A stretch of 64,000 bases of DNA, taken from an uncultured Spirochaetaceae bacterium (lineage in GTDB: Bacteria > Spirochaetota > Spirochaetia > SZUA-6 > RPPD01). Position 1 is the first letter of the stretch. Every line of letters begins with the position of its first letter. The stretch covers positions 28,088 through 92,087 of the forward strand of contig CAZWYY010000001.1 of assembly GCA_964638895.1 (NCBI GenBank), given 5' to 3'. Under the pieces are notes generated by a model, which worked only from the letters and a program-made list of their open reading frames with translations, did no database searches and was not told where the DNA came from. Shown here piece after piece: positions 46,076 through 56,561 of the stretch. The position numbers and the translations under genes were made by a program.

Positions 46076-48343
46076 ATGATGACACATAAAGTATCTATTA
46101 CCCTGTTATTAATTCTGTTTGTTATCACACCGCTTCTCTGCGCCGAGGAACGCCTGAAGAATATAGACGACAGACTTGAACTCAATTTCTTTATTCTGGA
46201 AAGCGCCGTGCGTGAAGGCGCATTTATTTCGGGGGATCTGGAGGAGCTGGGATTCACCAGGTATGACGGCCTGAAACTGCCCAAGAAAAAGGATTTAGAG
46301 AAGAGAATGTACACCTTCAGGGCGGTGTTTTACCTGGATGAGTCGCTTAAAAATCAGGATCTGGCCGTACACCTGGGCCCGGCCGATTATCCCTTTCACC
46401 TGTACCTGAACGGGGTTGAGTTATTCATGTGGGGAAGGTATGGTGAGCATTACAACTCAACCTACTATCGTTCACCCAATATACTCCTGCCCCCGCAGCT
46501 TTTAGCCTACGGCGCGCGGAAAAACGAAATCGCCATCCAGATCTTTCCCCGTTATGAAACAAGGCCGCTGGGAACTGTTACCATCCTGTCTTACAGCAGG
46601 GGAATGTTCAATTCTTTCTTCCGGGATCTGTTTAATATTCACCTGATCCAGGGCTCATGTATGATTGCTTTTGTGCTTTTTTTGTATTTTTTGTTTCTTT
46701 TTATCACCCATGGGTCCAAGAATATGAAGTACCTGTTTTTTTCCCTGGCCTGCTTGTTTTTTATGTTCAGTTACTTCAACATCAGTTACTCCCATGATCT
46801 GGTAAACGAGGTATTGAACGAGAAAATATCCAGGTTGGGATTCCCGCTGACAACCGCGTTTTTGGCGTTGTTTATTATCGAGTATACGGAAACGTTTAGA
46901 AAACGCCGGTCCGTCAAACTGTCCGTGCAGGGAATTATCATGCTGCCCGCGGCGGTAAGCGCTGTTATCACCATGTTCCAGCCCACCAAGCAGGGGGTTG
47001 CCGCCCAGTTTGACGTGATAATGCTTTATTATCTGCTTCCCCTGCTGTTGTTTTCATTTATCATCCTCTGCCGGTATGTGGTTTTCTCGATTACACGGAA
47101 AAAAGAGTACAGCCCGCTGGTCATTCTGATCGGGTTTCTGGCGATTATTATTACCAGCGCCACGGATATCATATACATAATGGTGCTTGTCGCGCCTTAT
47201 ACCTGGACGGTTCCGTATGGATACGTACTCATGGTGCTGTGTATATTTTTTACCCTATCCATAGATCAGTCCCGCGTACAGACGCAGTCCGAAAACAACC
47301 GGAGGGAACTTGAAAAGAAGAACCAAGCGCTGAAAGCCATGATGGATGATATTTCCTATGTGGCCGGAAACCTGGTTGAATCAAGCACCAGGCTTGAAAG
47401 TAATATAGAAAAATCAATCCAGGTAATCGAGAAGAACAGGGAAACCAATAAGGCGCTTCTTGACAGCATCATCAGTCAGTTTGACTCAATTGAATCCATG
47501 CTGCTGCAGGTGGCCAACCGGATAACCACCTCCAGTGAGAGAATCCCTCTGGCCATCAGCCATCAGACCACCGCCGTGGGTGACGTGAACAGCATCATGT
47601 CTAAAATGAAAAGCGATATTGAATCAACATCCGTTTCTTCCATTGAAACCAGCCAGACCGCCAACCGGTTGGCTCATATCGCGGATGAAAGCTCGAAGAT
47701 CGTGACCGAATCAAAAAGAACCATCAATAAGATATCGGAGTATTCGGATTTCATAAACCAGGTGCTGTCCTCTATTGAGGATATCACCGAGAAAACCAGC
47801 CTGTTGTCCATAAACGCGTCCATAGAAGCCGCCAACAGCGGGGCCATAGGCAAGGGGTTTTCGGTGATCGCCAGTGAAATCAGGAAACTTGCCTCCAAAT
47901 CCAAGCAAAACCTGGATACCAGTTTTGAGAATTTAAATAATATGAAAAACATATTGGGCAAAAGCAATTCACTGGCGGATGAGGTCTATGAAAGGCTTTT
48001 TAATATAATCGAAGAGTCCAAACATTCGGCCGGCAAAATCAACGATATTACCACTATGATAGAAGAGCAGAAAAACCAGTCGGTTACCATCTTACAGGCC
48101 GTGGAAAGCCTGCTGAACGACACCACAAGGATAAACAGTCTTTGTCAGCAGGAGCAGCAGGATGACGAAAAGATTAAAACCACACTAATGGATTTAAAAA
48201 AATCCTTTGAGTCGATTACCGAGTTGTTAAAGGAACAGGAACAAAAAGAAAATGAATTGCATTCCTCAATTAACGGGATCCGGGAGGTAATGTCCGAAAA
48301 TCTGAAGAATGTGGATATCCTCAATAACAGCCTTAAAACCTAA
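46076..48343 (+). CDS. 7TMR-DISM (DISMED2 + 7TM) methyl-accepting chemotaxis protein
   Basis: signal peptide, periplasmic beta-rich domain, seven hydrophobic helices, C-terminal MCP signalling motif LLSINASIEAANSGAIGKGFSVIASEIRKLA. Confidence 0.8.
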   Translation: MMTHKVSITLLLILFVITPLLCAEERLKNIDDRLELNFFILESAVREGAFISGDLEELGFTRYDGLKLPKKKDLEKRMYTFRAVFYLDESLKNQDLAVHLGPADYPFHLYLNGVELFMWGRYGEHYNSTYYRSPNILLPPQLLAYGARKNEIAIQIFPRYETRPLGTVTILSYSRGMFNSFFRDLFNIHLIQGSCMIAFVLFLYFLFLFITHGSKNMKYLFFSLACLFFMFSYFNISYSHDLVNEVLNEKISRLGFPLTTAFLALFIIEYTETFRKRRSVKLSVQGIIMLPAAVSAVITMFQPTKQGVAAQFDVIMLYYLLPLLLFSFIILCRYVVFSITRKKEYSPLVILIGFLAIIITSATDIIYIMVLVAPYTWTVPYGYVLMVLCIFFTLSIDQSRVQTQSENNRRELEKKNQALKAMMDDISYVAGNLVESSTRLESNIEKSIQVIEKNRETNKALLDSIISQFDSIESMLLQVANRITTSSERIPLAISHQTTAVGDVNSIMSKMKSDIESTSVSSIETSQTANRLAHIADESSKIVTESKRTINKISEYSDFINQVLSSIEDITEKTSLLSINASIEAANSGAIGKGFSVIASEIRKLASKSKQNLDTSFENLNNMKNILGKSNSLADEVYERLFNIIEESKHSAGKINDITTMIEEQKNQSVTILQAVESLLNDTTRINSLCQQEQQDDEKIKTTLMDLKKSFESITELLKEQEQKENELHSSINGIREVMSENLKNVDILNNSLKT

Positions 48344-48352
48344 AAAAAACCG

Positions 48353-49954
48353 TTAACCGCTTTCCAAATCGAATTTCGCCTTATGAAGCTTTTCCAAAAA
48401 CTTGCCGCTTTTAAAATTGCGTATCCAGTTCTTCAGGATTATATATCCCCCGAATCTCAGGAGGTAATTCCTGAAATAGCGTTTTTTCCATTTTAAAAAC
48501 GCGTCTATAATATACCTCACCCTGAAGGTAATGATGGTTAGCGCGGAAGAACAGACTATTCTGGGAAAATGAAACAGGATGTTCTTTGATATATGCCAGA
48601 AGTTATGAAAGCGATAAAACTTACCCATGATGTCCTTGAACACCGCCCGCTGGATTACTTCCGGGTCGATTCCGTTGTCAGGTTCGAAAAGCGGGAACTG
48701 GCCGTCGTAATACTCCCACCCGATACGGTCCAGCGGATACAATCTCCCTTCTTTGGCCAGCCGGGTCCGAAGCTCGGTTCCGGGCAGCGGTATGGTCTGG
48801 ACCACCTGCAGCGTATCTATTTTTGATTTCATGATAAAGCCGCGGAATCTTTTAATTCGTTCCTTGATGGGAAGGGTTATTTTATATTGTTCTTTCTGCG
48901 GATACCCGAAGATGAACATGCCATGGATAAACACCCCTTGATCGTGAAACAACTTTGTCCATTTAAGCAGATCTTTGGATTTGTAGCCCTTGTTCATAAC
49001 CAACAGCTCTTCATCTATGGGTGACTCATAGCCTATGCACACCATGTAAAAATTGGCCCGTTTCATGGCGGCGAGCAGCTCCGGGTATCTGGCGTCCGTG
49101 ATCCTAGTCTGGATAGTGAACAACAGGCGTTTGCCCGTTTTTTTCTGATACTCGGCTAAAAGATTACAGAATTCAATGGCCTGCTCCCGGTTGGTGGCAA
49201 AATGATCGCTTGTCTCAAAAAACCTGCGCGCGTTCCGCGTCTCTACCAGGTGTTTTACCTGGCTCATGAGCCACTGCGGACTGCTGCATCTGGCCCTGTC
49301 TTTGACCGCGCAGAACTCGCATTTCATATTGCAGCCGCGGATGCGGTTTATGGGGTAGTATTTGATTTTAGCGTAAAGCAGCAGGTCAAAATCCGGATAC
49401 GGCATGCTGTCAAAATCGGTGATCAGCGGCCGTTCGGCGGTCCGGTGCATTACGCCTTTTTTTAAAAAGGCGATACCGCGAACCCCGTCCGGCTCCTGCC
49501 CCGTTTCCCAGGCCACCAACAGTTCCTGGATGGTGATTTCACCCTCCCCGAATACGGCCACATCCACCTGATTCTCCAGGGCTTCCGCGGGCAGGTTTTC
49601 TATATGTTTGCCGCCGGCGATGGTTTTGGCGCCCAGCGTTTTATAAAGCCCGGCCAATTTGTACAGCCGCGGAATGGAGGAGGTGATGGACCCATAGAAG
49701 CCCACTGCGTCCGCGGGCCGTTCCTGCTGCAGCGCGATATGGTCCGGCCGCCCGTACCGGTCTTTGGGGCATAGTTTGCTTCTGCAGTTGTTTTCGTCTA
49801 TAACCTCAACATCCCAGTTTTCCAGCAGGTTGGCGCAGGTGGCAACCGCCAGCGGGCCCACCGACGTGGTTTCCCTTGCCGTGAAACTGTATATGTTGAA
49901 ATTGGGAAAGGCGGGAATGATTATCCGCAGCCTGTATCTGTTTTTATTAAGCAT
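48353..49954 (-). CDS. B12-binding-domain radical SAM protein (class B)
   Basis: N-terminal Rossmann-like B12-binding region, CNMKCEFC radical-SAM cluster motif. Confidence 0.8.
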   Translation of the reverse strand: MLNKNRYRLRIIIPAFPNFNIYSFTARETTSVGPLAVATCANLLENWDVEVIDENNCRSKLCPKDRYGRPDHIALQQERPADAVGFYGSITSSIPRLYKLAGLYKTLGAKTIAGGKHIENLPAEALENQVDVAVFGEGEITIQELLVAWETGQEPDGVRGIAFLKKGVMHRTAERPLITDFDSMPYPDFDLLLYAKIKYYPINRIRGCNMKCEFCAVKDRARCSSPQWLMSQVKHLVETRNARRFFETSDHFATNREQAIEFCNLLAEYQKKTGKRLLFTIQTRITDARYPELLAAMKRANFYMVCIGYESPIDEELLVMNKGYKSKDLLKWTKLFHDQGVFIHGMFIFGYPQKEQYKITLPIKERIKRFRGFIMKSKIDTLQVVQTIPLPGTELRTRLAKEGRLYPLDRIGWEYYDGQFPLFEPDNGIDPEVIQRAVFKDIMGKFYRFHNFWHISKNILFHFPRIVCSSALTIITFRVRYIIDAFLKWKKRYFRNYLLRFGGYIILKNWIRNFKSGKFLEKLHKAKFDLESG

Positions 49955-50077
49955 TTTCTATCTCCATTTTTTTAGTATACTCAAATATACCGGAAGTGAA
50001 TATAATTATTCCGTTAAATTTCTATTTTTTCGGCTTCATTGACATTGGGCGGCAAATGGCATACCTTGGTAATATGA

Positions 50078-51325
50078 ATGCGAAATAATGCAAATATACG
50101 GGAAATGCTGAAAAGGATCCTTCGCTTTCTGGGCCCGGGTTTTCTGGTTACGGTGGGTTTTATTGATCCGGGCAACTGGGCCACCAATATCGAAGGAGGA
50201 TCGCGGTTCGGCTATGAGCTTTTATGGGTTATTACCCTAAGCACGCTGATGTTGATTGTCATCCAGAATATGGCGGCCAAGCTCGGTATCGCCACCGGGA
50301 AATCTCTGGCCGTGAATATCAGGGAAAATTTTCCCGCCTATATAGCCACGCCGGTAGGTATAACCGTAGTGCTTGCCTGCGTGGCCACGGATGTGGCGGA
50401 GCTGTTGGGCGGGGCCATCGGGTTTCGACTGCTCTTCGGGTTTCCCTTATGGTTGGGCGCCCTGCTCACGGTTGTGATCGAGGTATTCATGATCGTAAGC
50501 CAGCGCTACCACAGGCTGGAACGGATCATCATTGGGTTTCTGGGGATCATCGCGGTGTGTTATATAATAGAAATTTTTATTGTAAAGCCCAATTGGCCTC
50601 AATTGGCGCCTTCGGTTGTGCTGCCCACGGTAAACAGGGAGAGTATTTACATTGCCATGGGGATTTTAGGCGCGGTGGTCATGCCGCACAATATCTTTCT
50701 GCATTCCAATGTAATCCACAGCCGTAAATGGGGCATAAGCCAGAAGGCGAAATTGCGCACCCTGAAATACGAAAAGATCGATACCTTTACCGCCATGTTC
50801 CTGGGCTGGATCGTTAATTCCGCGATGATTATCGTGGCGGCCGCGGTTTTTGCCAGGCACAATGTAGTTGTGGACAGCATCGAATCTGCCTCCGCCACCC
50901 TGCTGCCCCTGGCCGGACCACTGGCCGGCCTGCTTTTTGCCATTGCCCTGCTTTTTTCCGGTGTCGGTTCATCCGTAACCTCTTCCATGGCCGAGGTGAA
51001 CGTGATTACCGGTTTTCTTGGTAAAAAAGAGGATCCTCGAACACTGCTTTACAAGATATCGGTTTTTATCACGGCCATCCCTTCTTTTTTTATCATTGTG
51101 GCAAGTCTTGACACCTACCAGATCCTAATTTTCAGCCAGGTTGTCTTAAGTATCCAACTGCCCTTTACCTTGATCCCCTTGATCATCCTTTGCCGGAAAA
51201 AGTCTTTAATGGGAATGTTCCGCAGCAAGCTGCCTGAACTTGTCCTGGCTCTTGTAATCTCGGCTGTGATAATCGCACTGAATATCTATCTGCTTTATTC
51301 AACGATCGGTCAAGGAGGTTCCTGA
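50078..51325 (+). CDS. mntH: Nramp-family divalent metal (Mn2+/Fe2+) transporter
   Basis: GPGFLVTVGFIDPGNWATNI, MPHNIFLHS Nramp signatures; start could be Met10 (50105). Confidence 0.85.
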   Translation: MRNNANIREMLKRILRFLGPGFLVTVGFIDPGNWATNIEGGSRFGYELLWVITLSTLMLIVIQNMAAKLGIATGKSLAVNIRENFPAYIATPVGITVVLACVATDVAELLGGAIGFRLLFGFPLWLGALLTVVIEVFMIVSQRYHRLERIIIGFLGIIAVCYIIEIFIVKPNWPQLAPSVVLPTVNRESIYIAMGILGAVVMPHNIFLHSNVIHSRKWGISQKAKLRTLKYEKIDTFTAMFLGWIVNSAMIIVAAAVFARHNVVVDSIESASATLLPLAGPLAGLLFAIALLFSGVGSSVTSSMAEVNVITGFLGKKEDPRTLLYKISVFITAIPSFFIIVASLDTYQILIFSQVVLSIQLPFTLIPLIILCRKKSLMGMFRSKLPELVLALVISAVIIALNIYLLYSTIGQGGS

Positions 51326-51729
51326 TGGCGTTGTATAAAAATATCCTACTTACTTTGGACTGCTCACCCGTAGATAAGGTGATCATAGAACATGTTCGTG
51401 AACTTGCGCACATTCACAAGGCAACGGTTTCCCTGGTACATATCGTCCATTCGCATACTCTTGATCAGGATCGTTTCTTGCATGAAAAAGCCTCGGCCGT
51501 CATGGAGAAAACGGAAAAAATATTTAAAGACGCGGATATTCCCGTTCGGGTGATCCTTAAAAGCGGTGAGCCTGAGCAGGAGCTCCTGTGTATACTGGAC
51601 CAGGGAGAGTATGATCTTGTAGCCATGGCTACGCACGGCCACCATTTCTTTTTGGATCTGCTGTTCGGGAGCGTTTCGGATGCCCTGAAACATAAAACCA
51701 GTATTCCGCTTTTATTGATCAAGGCATGA
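51325..51729 (+). CDS. universal stress protein (UspA family)
   Basis: ILLTLDCSP...VHIV...MATHGHHFF...GSVS Usp signature; ATG overlaps mntH TGA (TGATG). Confidence 0.8.
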   Translation: MALYKNILLTLDCSPVDKVIIEHVRELAHIHKATVSLVHIVHSHTLDQDRFLHEKASAVMEKTEKIFKDADIPVRVILKSGEPEQELLCILDQGEYDLVAMATHGHHFFLDLLFGSVSDALKHKTSIPLLLIKA

Positions 51730-53787
51730 TCAGCTGATTTCCCGCTCTAAAAGCCGCGTCATTTTTGCGGCCGGCAGCGGTCTGCTGAATAAAAACCCCT
51801 GGTAACTGTGACAGCCCAGTTTCCGTAAGAATTCCAGCTGTTTTTCGGTTTCCACCCCTTCGGCGATAATCTCGAATTTCAGGCTGTGGGCCATGGCGAT
51901 GATGGCTTTTACAATAGCAACCGCATCCTCGTCCTCAGGTACGTCCTGGATAAAAGAACGGTCGATTTTCAAGGTTTTAAGCGGGAACTGTTTAAGTACG
52001 GAAAGCGAGGAATAGCCGGTTCCGAAATCATCGATAGAAAAGGAAACACCCAGCGCGGTAAGGCGTTTTATGATTTTTATGGAGTTCTCGGCGTCACGCA
52101 TGGCATTGCTTTCCGTAATCTCCAGCTCCAGGTACCGGGGATTCAAGCCGGTGGCCTGCAGAATGTTTTCCAGGGATCCGCCCAGATCCTTTTGGGTGAA
52201 CTGCAGGGTCGACAGGTTTACGGCTATACGATGCAGGCGGAGGTTTTGTTCCTGCCATTCCTTATGCTGCCTGCAGGCCTCGCGCAGCACCCAATATCCT
52301 ATGGGGATGATCATTCCGTTTTCCTCGGCCAGGGGAATCAGCCGGCTGGGCCGGACAAGCCCCTTTTCCGGGTCCTTCCAATGCACCAGGGCCTCGGCCC
52401 CGATTATTTTTCCGCTGGCAAGCTGCACCTGCGGCTGGTAATACAGCATAAGTTCGTCCCGCTCCAACGCTTTTCGCAGCCTGTTTTCGATTTTCAGGCG
52501 TTCCTTCACGTGGATATACATCTCTTCGATAAAAAAACGAAAATTATTACTCCCGCTTGATTTGGCGCGCTGCATGGCGGACTCCGCGTCCTGCAGGGCC
52601 TTTTCCACCGAATCATATTTCTCGTCGATTATCACCACGCCGATACTTACCGAAACGCTGATTTCCTCTTTGGCCTCCTCAATACGCAGAGGCCGGTTTA
52701 CGGTCTGTTTGAGGCGGAGTACCGTATCGGTGAGTTTTTTTAAATTTTCGTACTCATTTAGTAAAATAATAAACTCATCCCTGTCAAAATGAGTCAGCAG
52801 ATCGTCGGAATCAAGGCTGGAACCGAGTCTCTCCGCCAGGCGCACCAGTATACTATCACCCACCATCATACCCAGGCCCTGGTTGATGAGTTTAAAGCGG
52901 TCCAGGTCAATAAACAGCAGGGCCGCGTTCGGCCTGGTTTTGAGTTTTATCTGTCTCAACACACGTTCCAGTTGGTCCAGTAAAAGAACCTGGTTGGGGA
53001 GCCCGGTAAGCGCGTTATAAATCCTGCGGTCCGTTATATCGGCCATGGAGCCGGTCATGCGCACCGTATTGCCCTTGGTGTCGATTACCGCTATTCCGGT
53101 TGTAATTACCCAGCGGTAGTTTCCGTTTTTATGCAGGATTCGCTGTTCTACCTGAAACCGGTTGATACGGCCACCTTTCAGCTGCTCCAGCAACGCCGTA
53201 ACCTTTGGCTTGTCCGCCGGGTGAATACGTTCCAGCCATTCGCCGGGTGTGTCCTTGACGGAGTTACGGGAAAATCCAAGGATGGCCTTCCAGTTTGGAG
53301 AATAGTATACCTTGTTCTCATCAAGGTTCCAATCCCAGAGGCCGTCCTGCGTGGCCTGGGCGGCCAGCGCATAGCGTTCCTCGCTTAAACGTAATGCCTC
53401 CTGTGTTTTTTTAAGACTGATCTGGGTGCGTATGCGTGAGTTTATCACCGAAAAATCATAGGGTTTTGTGACGTAATCGTTGGCGCCAAGGCTCAAGGCT
53501 TTGACGATATCGATGTTTTCCGAGACCGCCGTCAGCATGATTATGGGAAGCTCGATCATGGAATAGGTCTTTCGAAAGGCGGTAAGCACCTGGTATCCGT
53601 CCATATCGGGCATGACAATGTCAAGCAGCACAAGATCAAATGAAACGGAGCGGATTTTCTTCAAGGCGGATCTCCCCCCCTGGGCCGTATACGTTTCATA
53701 CCCGATCCGTTTAAGCATATGCGCCAGTGCGTCGAGATTATCCTTATTATCATCTATAATGAGTATTCGCGCCCCGCTGAGATCCAT
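51730..53787 (-). CDS. response regulator REC-PAS-GGDEF(degenerate DRDEF)-EAL
   Basis: receiver ([23 protein letters not shown]), PAS, GGDEF site reads [10 protein letters not shown], intact EAL ([18 protein letters not shown]). Confidence 0.85.
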   Translation of the reverse strand: MDLSGARILIIDDNKDNLDALAHMLKRIGYETYTAQGGRSALKKIRSVSFDLVLLDIVMPDMDGYQVLTAFRKTYSMIELPIIMLTAVSENIDIVKALSLGANDYVTKPYDFSVINSRIRTQISLKKTQEALRLSEERYALAAQATQDGLWDWNLDENKVYYSPNWKAILGFSRNSVKDTPGEWLERIHPADKPKVTALLEQLKGGRINRFQVEQRILHKNGNYRWVITTGIAVIDTKGNTVRMTGSMADITDRRIYNALTGLPNQVLLLDQLERVLRQIKLKTRPNAALLFIDLDRFKLINQGLGMMVGDSILVRLAERLGSSLDSDDLLTHFDRDEFIILLNEYENLKKLTDTVLRLKQTVNRPLRIEEAKEEISVSVSIGVVIIDEKYDSVEKALQDAESAMQRAKSSGSNNFRFFIEEMYIHVKERLKIENRLRKALERDELMLYYQPQVQLASGKIIGAEALVHWKDPEKGLVRPSRLIPLAEENGMIIPIGYWVLREACRQHKEWQEQNLRLHRIAVNLSTLQFTQKDLGGSLENILQATGLNPRYLELEITESNAMRDAENSIKIIKRLTALGVSFSIDDFGTGYSSLSVLKQFPLKTLKIDRSFIQDVPEDEDAVAIVKAIIAMAHSLKFEIIAEGVETEKQLEFLRKLGCHSYQGFLFSRPLPAAKMTRLLEREIS

Positions 53788-53849
53788 CTTTCACCTCATT
53801 GTTTATTTTACTATATTCTATTAATAAATTGTACAAAAGATTCTGTCTA

Positions 53850-53878
53850 TTGACAAAAGCATCCATATCTCTTATCGT
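53850..53878 (+). promoter_or_regulatory. promoter of TPP-enzyme operon (TTGACA-17-TATCGT)
   Basis: TTGACA 53850-53855, 17-nt spacer, TATCGT. Confidence 0.4.
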
Positions 53879-53926
53879 GGCATACGTCGGACTGTCGGCC
53901 TGAATTTGGGTCCAAAGGTGGCCTTG

Positions 53927-55711
53927 ATGTCTCCCATTGATTTTAGCGTCACAAATTTCAACACATTAAAGAATATTACCTGTGCGGAAGTCCTGGTGGA
54001 ATATCTCCGCATAGAGGGTGTAAAATACGTATTCGGCGTGTCCGGCGGCACCATTATCTCCATTCTGGAGGCTTTGGAGCAATCACCCGATGTTCAATTT
54101 ATTATGTGTAAACACGAAGGCAGCGCGTCTTTTATGGCGGATCTCTATGCCAGGGTAAGCGGAAAAATCGGCGTATGCCTATCCACGGCCGGGCCCGGAG
54201 CAACCAATATGCTGACGGGGGTTGCCTGTGCCCAGCAGGACAGGATTCCGCTTCTGGCCATAACCGGCCAGCCCGCCACCCATACCATGGGTAAGGGAGC
54301 GGTACAGGAAAGCTCCGAATTCGGGGTGGATACGGTAGGCATTTACGGCCGGTTTACGGGTTTCAGCAGTCTTATCTCCGAGGCCGATGTGTTCCAGCAA
54401 ATATTCACCAGGGCCTTGCGTGTGGCCCAGGGGGAGCATAAACAGGCGGTGCATATCAGCATCCCCTCAAATGTCTCTTCCCACAAATTCAAAAGTATAG
54501 ACGTGCACGGCGACACCAAAAAGTACCGCGTCTCACACGCGGCCATTGATTTTGAACAGATCAAAAAGGCCGCCACTCTGCTGGTAAACGCAAGCCACCC
54601 GGCAATTTTGGTGGGACCGGGCATAGATTCGGAGTATCATATCGAGGACCTGATCCATATCGCCGAGATGCTTAACTGCCCGGTGTTGACCACCCCCAAG
54701 GGTAAGGGGATTTTTCCGGAAAGCCATCCGCTTTCTTTCGGCGTGTTCGGATTCGCCGGTAACCTATGCGCCAAAAAATACCTGCTTGAGGGAAACGTGG
54801 ACCTGTTGCTTGTCATCTCCAGCCGGTTGGGCGAATGGACATCCGACTCCTGGAACCCGGACCTGTTTCCCACCAAGTACCTGATTCAGATCGACGTGGA
54901 CTCGCAGAATATCGGCCAGAACTTTCCGGTAAGCCTGGGTATCGTAGGGGATGTGGGCGCGGCGGTCAAGGAGCTCTTAATCAGTCTGCTGCGCATAAAA
55001 AACCAGATCCCCGTGTCCTCCCTAAAACATATCGTGAACGGAAAAAGATTCGAAACCATTTTAAACTATAAAAAGGAGTATGGCATCTATCGGGAGCCTG
55101 AGAAACTGCTTTCCGATGCCGTACCCTTAAAACCGCAGCGCCTGATGAATGACCTGAACATCTGCCTGCAAAGGGATGCCATAGTTCTGGCCGACGCAGG
55201 CAATGCCTATGCCTGGACCCTGCACTACCTGGTTATCAATCCCCCTCAAAAGTATTATATCGCGTTGGGATTTGCCTCCATGGGCCATGCCACAGCCGGC
55301 GTTGTGGGCGCGGCCCTGGCCGCACCCGGAAGACAGGTGATCGCCGTGGTGGGTGACGGTTCCATGCTTATGAACGGTAATGAGGTGCATACGGCAGTGG
55401 AATACAATATATCCGCCGTCTGGCTTATCCTGAATGACGGTAAATGGGGGATGGTGTTCCATGGAAACAGGGCGGTTGTGGGTAAGGGCCTGCATTCGGA
55501 GTTTCATGCGGTGGATTTCGCGGCGCTGGCGCGTGTCTACGGCGCGGACGGGTACCGGATTACCAGGCCCGGTGAATTATGCGAGATCATGCCCCGGATT
55601 TTAAGTGAGAAAAAACCCGCCGTAATTGACGCGGTAATTGACGCCCATGAGGAACCTCCTTTCTTGGAAAGGGTTCGTGCGGTATTAAAATATATGAAAA
55701 AAAGCGTATAG
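53927..55711 (+). CDS. thiamine-pyrophosphate enzyme, acetolactate-synthase-large-subunit-like (three-domain N/M/C)
   Basis: TPP-binding GDGSMLMNGNE...N motif, N-terminal Pyr domain (VFGVSGGTI), no ilvN/ilvC nearby; start set at MSPIDF. Confidence 0.8.
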   Translation: MSPIDFSVTNFNTLKNITCAEVLVEYLRIEGVKYVFGVSGGTIISILEALEQSPDVQFIMCKHEGSASFMADLYARVSGKIGVCLSTAGPGATNMLTGVACAQQDRIPLLAITGQPATHTMGKGAVQESSEFGVDTVGIYGRFTGFSSLISEADVFQQIFTRALRVAQGEHKQAVHISIPSNVSSHKFKSIDVHGDTKKYRVSHAAIDFEQIKKAATLLVNASHPAILVGPGIDSEYHIEDLIHIAEMLNCPVLTTPKGKGIFPESHPLSFGVFGFAGNLCAKKYLLEGNVDLLLVISSRLGEWTSDSWNPDLFPTKYLIQIDVDSQNIGQNFPVSLGIVGDVGAAVKELLISLLRIKNQIPVSSLKHIVNGKRFETILNYKKEYGIYREPEKLLSDAVPLKPQRLMNDLNICLQRDAIVLADAGNAYAWTLHYLVINPPQKYYIALGFASMGHATAGVVGAALAAPGRQVIAVVGDGSMLMNGNEVHTAVEYNISAVWLILNDGKWGMVFHGNRAVVGKGLHSEFHAVDFAALARVYGADGYRITRPGELCEIMPRILSEKKPAVIDAVIDAHEEPPFLERVRAVLKYMKKSV

Positions 55712-55739
55712 AGAAAGTGGTGAAAGCTTTCAGAAGGAG

Positions 55740-56561
55740 GTGCCATGTTTGAAGACCCGGGGAAACAAGATAAAAACCTCGATCTGGTTTGAGGAAGCCG
55801 GAGATGACAATCCCTTTTACGCGCAGAGAAGTTACTGTCACGGGTATGATTTTTATAATACCCTTCTGGGCAGGGTGAGTTTTGCGGATCTGATTTTCCT
55901 CCATCTGAAGGGTGAGCTTCCGGATCAAAAGGCCTGTGAACATTTCAACCTTTTACTATCCTCGGTAATGAACCCCGGACCGCGCCACCTGCAGAACAGG
56001 GCCGCCATGTCCGCGGCCATCGGCGGGTGTCCGGTGGGAGGGGCGCTTATCTCCGGTTTTGCCTGTTCCATGGGAGAGCTTGAAGGCGGTCTTGCCGTGG
56101 AGACGGTGATGATGATGCTTTTGGAGATACGGCGCCAAACAGGGGATGGGGAAAGGCCGCTTGCCGATATAAAGGAAATACCCCAAAAATATAGTGATAC
56201 GGGAAACCTGCCCGGTTTCGGATTATTGAACGCGGGGGCTGACATCCATGCCTGCAGACTGGCGGAAATCCTCAAACAACGACGGTGGGACGGGTTTTTT
56301 GTCAACCTGCTATTGCATATCGAGACTTTAGCCAAGGCTGCCGGGCTGCCCGGGGCCCGCCTGTACGGAGTGTTTGCCGCCTCGCTGCTAGACCTGGGAT
56401 TTTCTCCCACGCAGGGCCACGGACTCTTTATGCTTTCCGGCGGTATTGGTATGCTGGGCTTTCTTTGTGAGCGCTACGGCGAAAAGTGGGATGAGTATCC
56501 CACGTGGTTCTCCGACGCGGTGTATAACTATGAAAAAGGAAGAACAAGTGAAAACGGATAA
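55740..56561 (+). CDS. citrate-synthase-fold protein 1 (catalytic His apparently substituted)
   Basis: by-eye alignment to GltA: HLKGELPD ~ LLNGEKPT, PGFGLL ~ GFGHRVY with His to Leu; 273 aa. Confidence 0.55.
   Translation: MPCLKTRGNKIKTSIWFEEAGDDNPFYAQRSYCHGYDFYNTLLGRVSFADLIFLHLKGELPDQKACEHFNLLLSSVMNPGPRHLQNRAAMSAAIGGCPVGGALISGFACSMGELEGGLAVETVMMMLLEIRRQTGDGERPLADIKEIPQKYSDTGNLPGFGLLNAGADIHACRLAEILKQRRWDGFFVNLLLHIETLAKAAGLPGARLYGVFAASLLDLGFSPTQGHGLFMLSGGIGMLGFLCERYGEKWDEYPTWFSDAVYNYEKGRTSENG

Noticed and set aside
51886-52560. 224-aa plus-strand ORF
   Set aside because: Antisense to the REC-PAS-GGDEF-EAL gene
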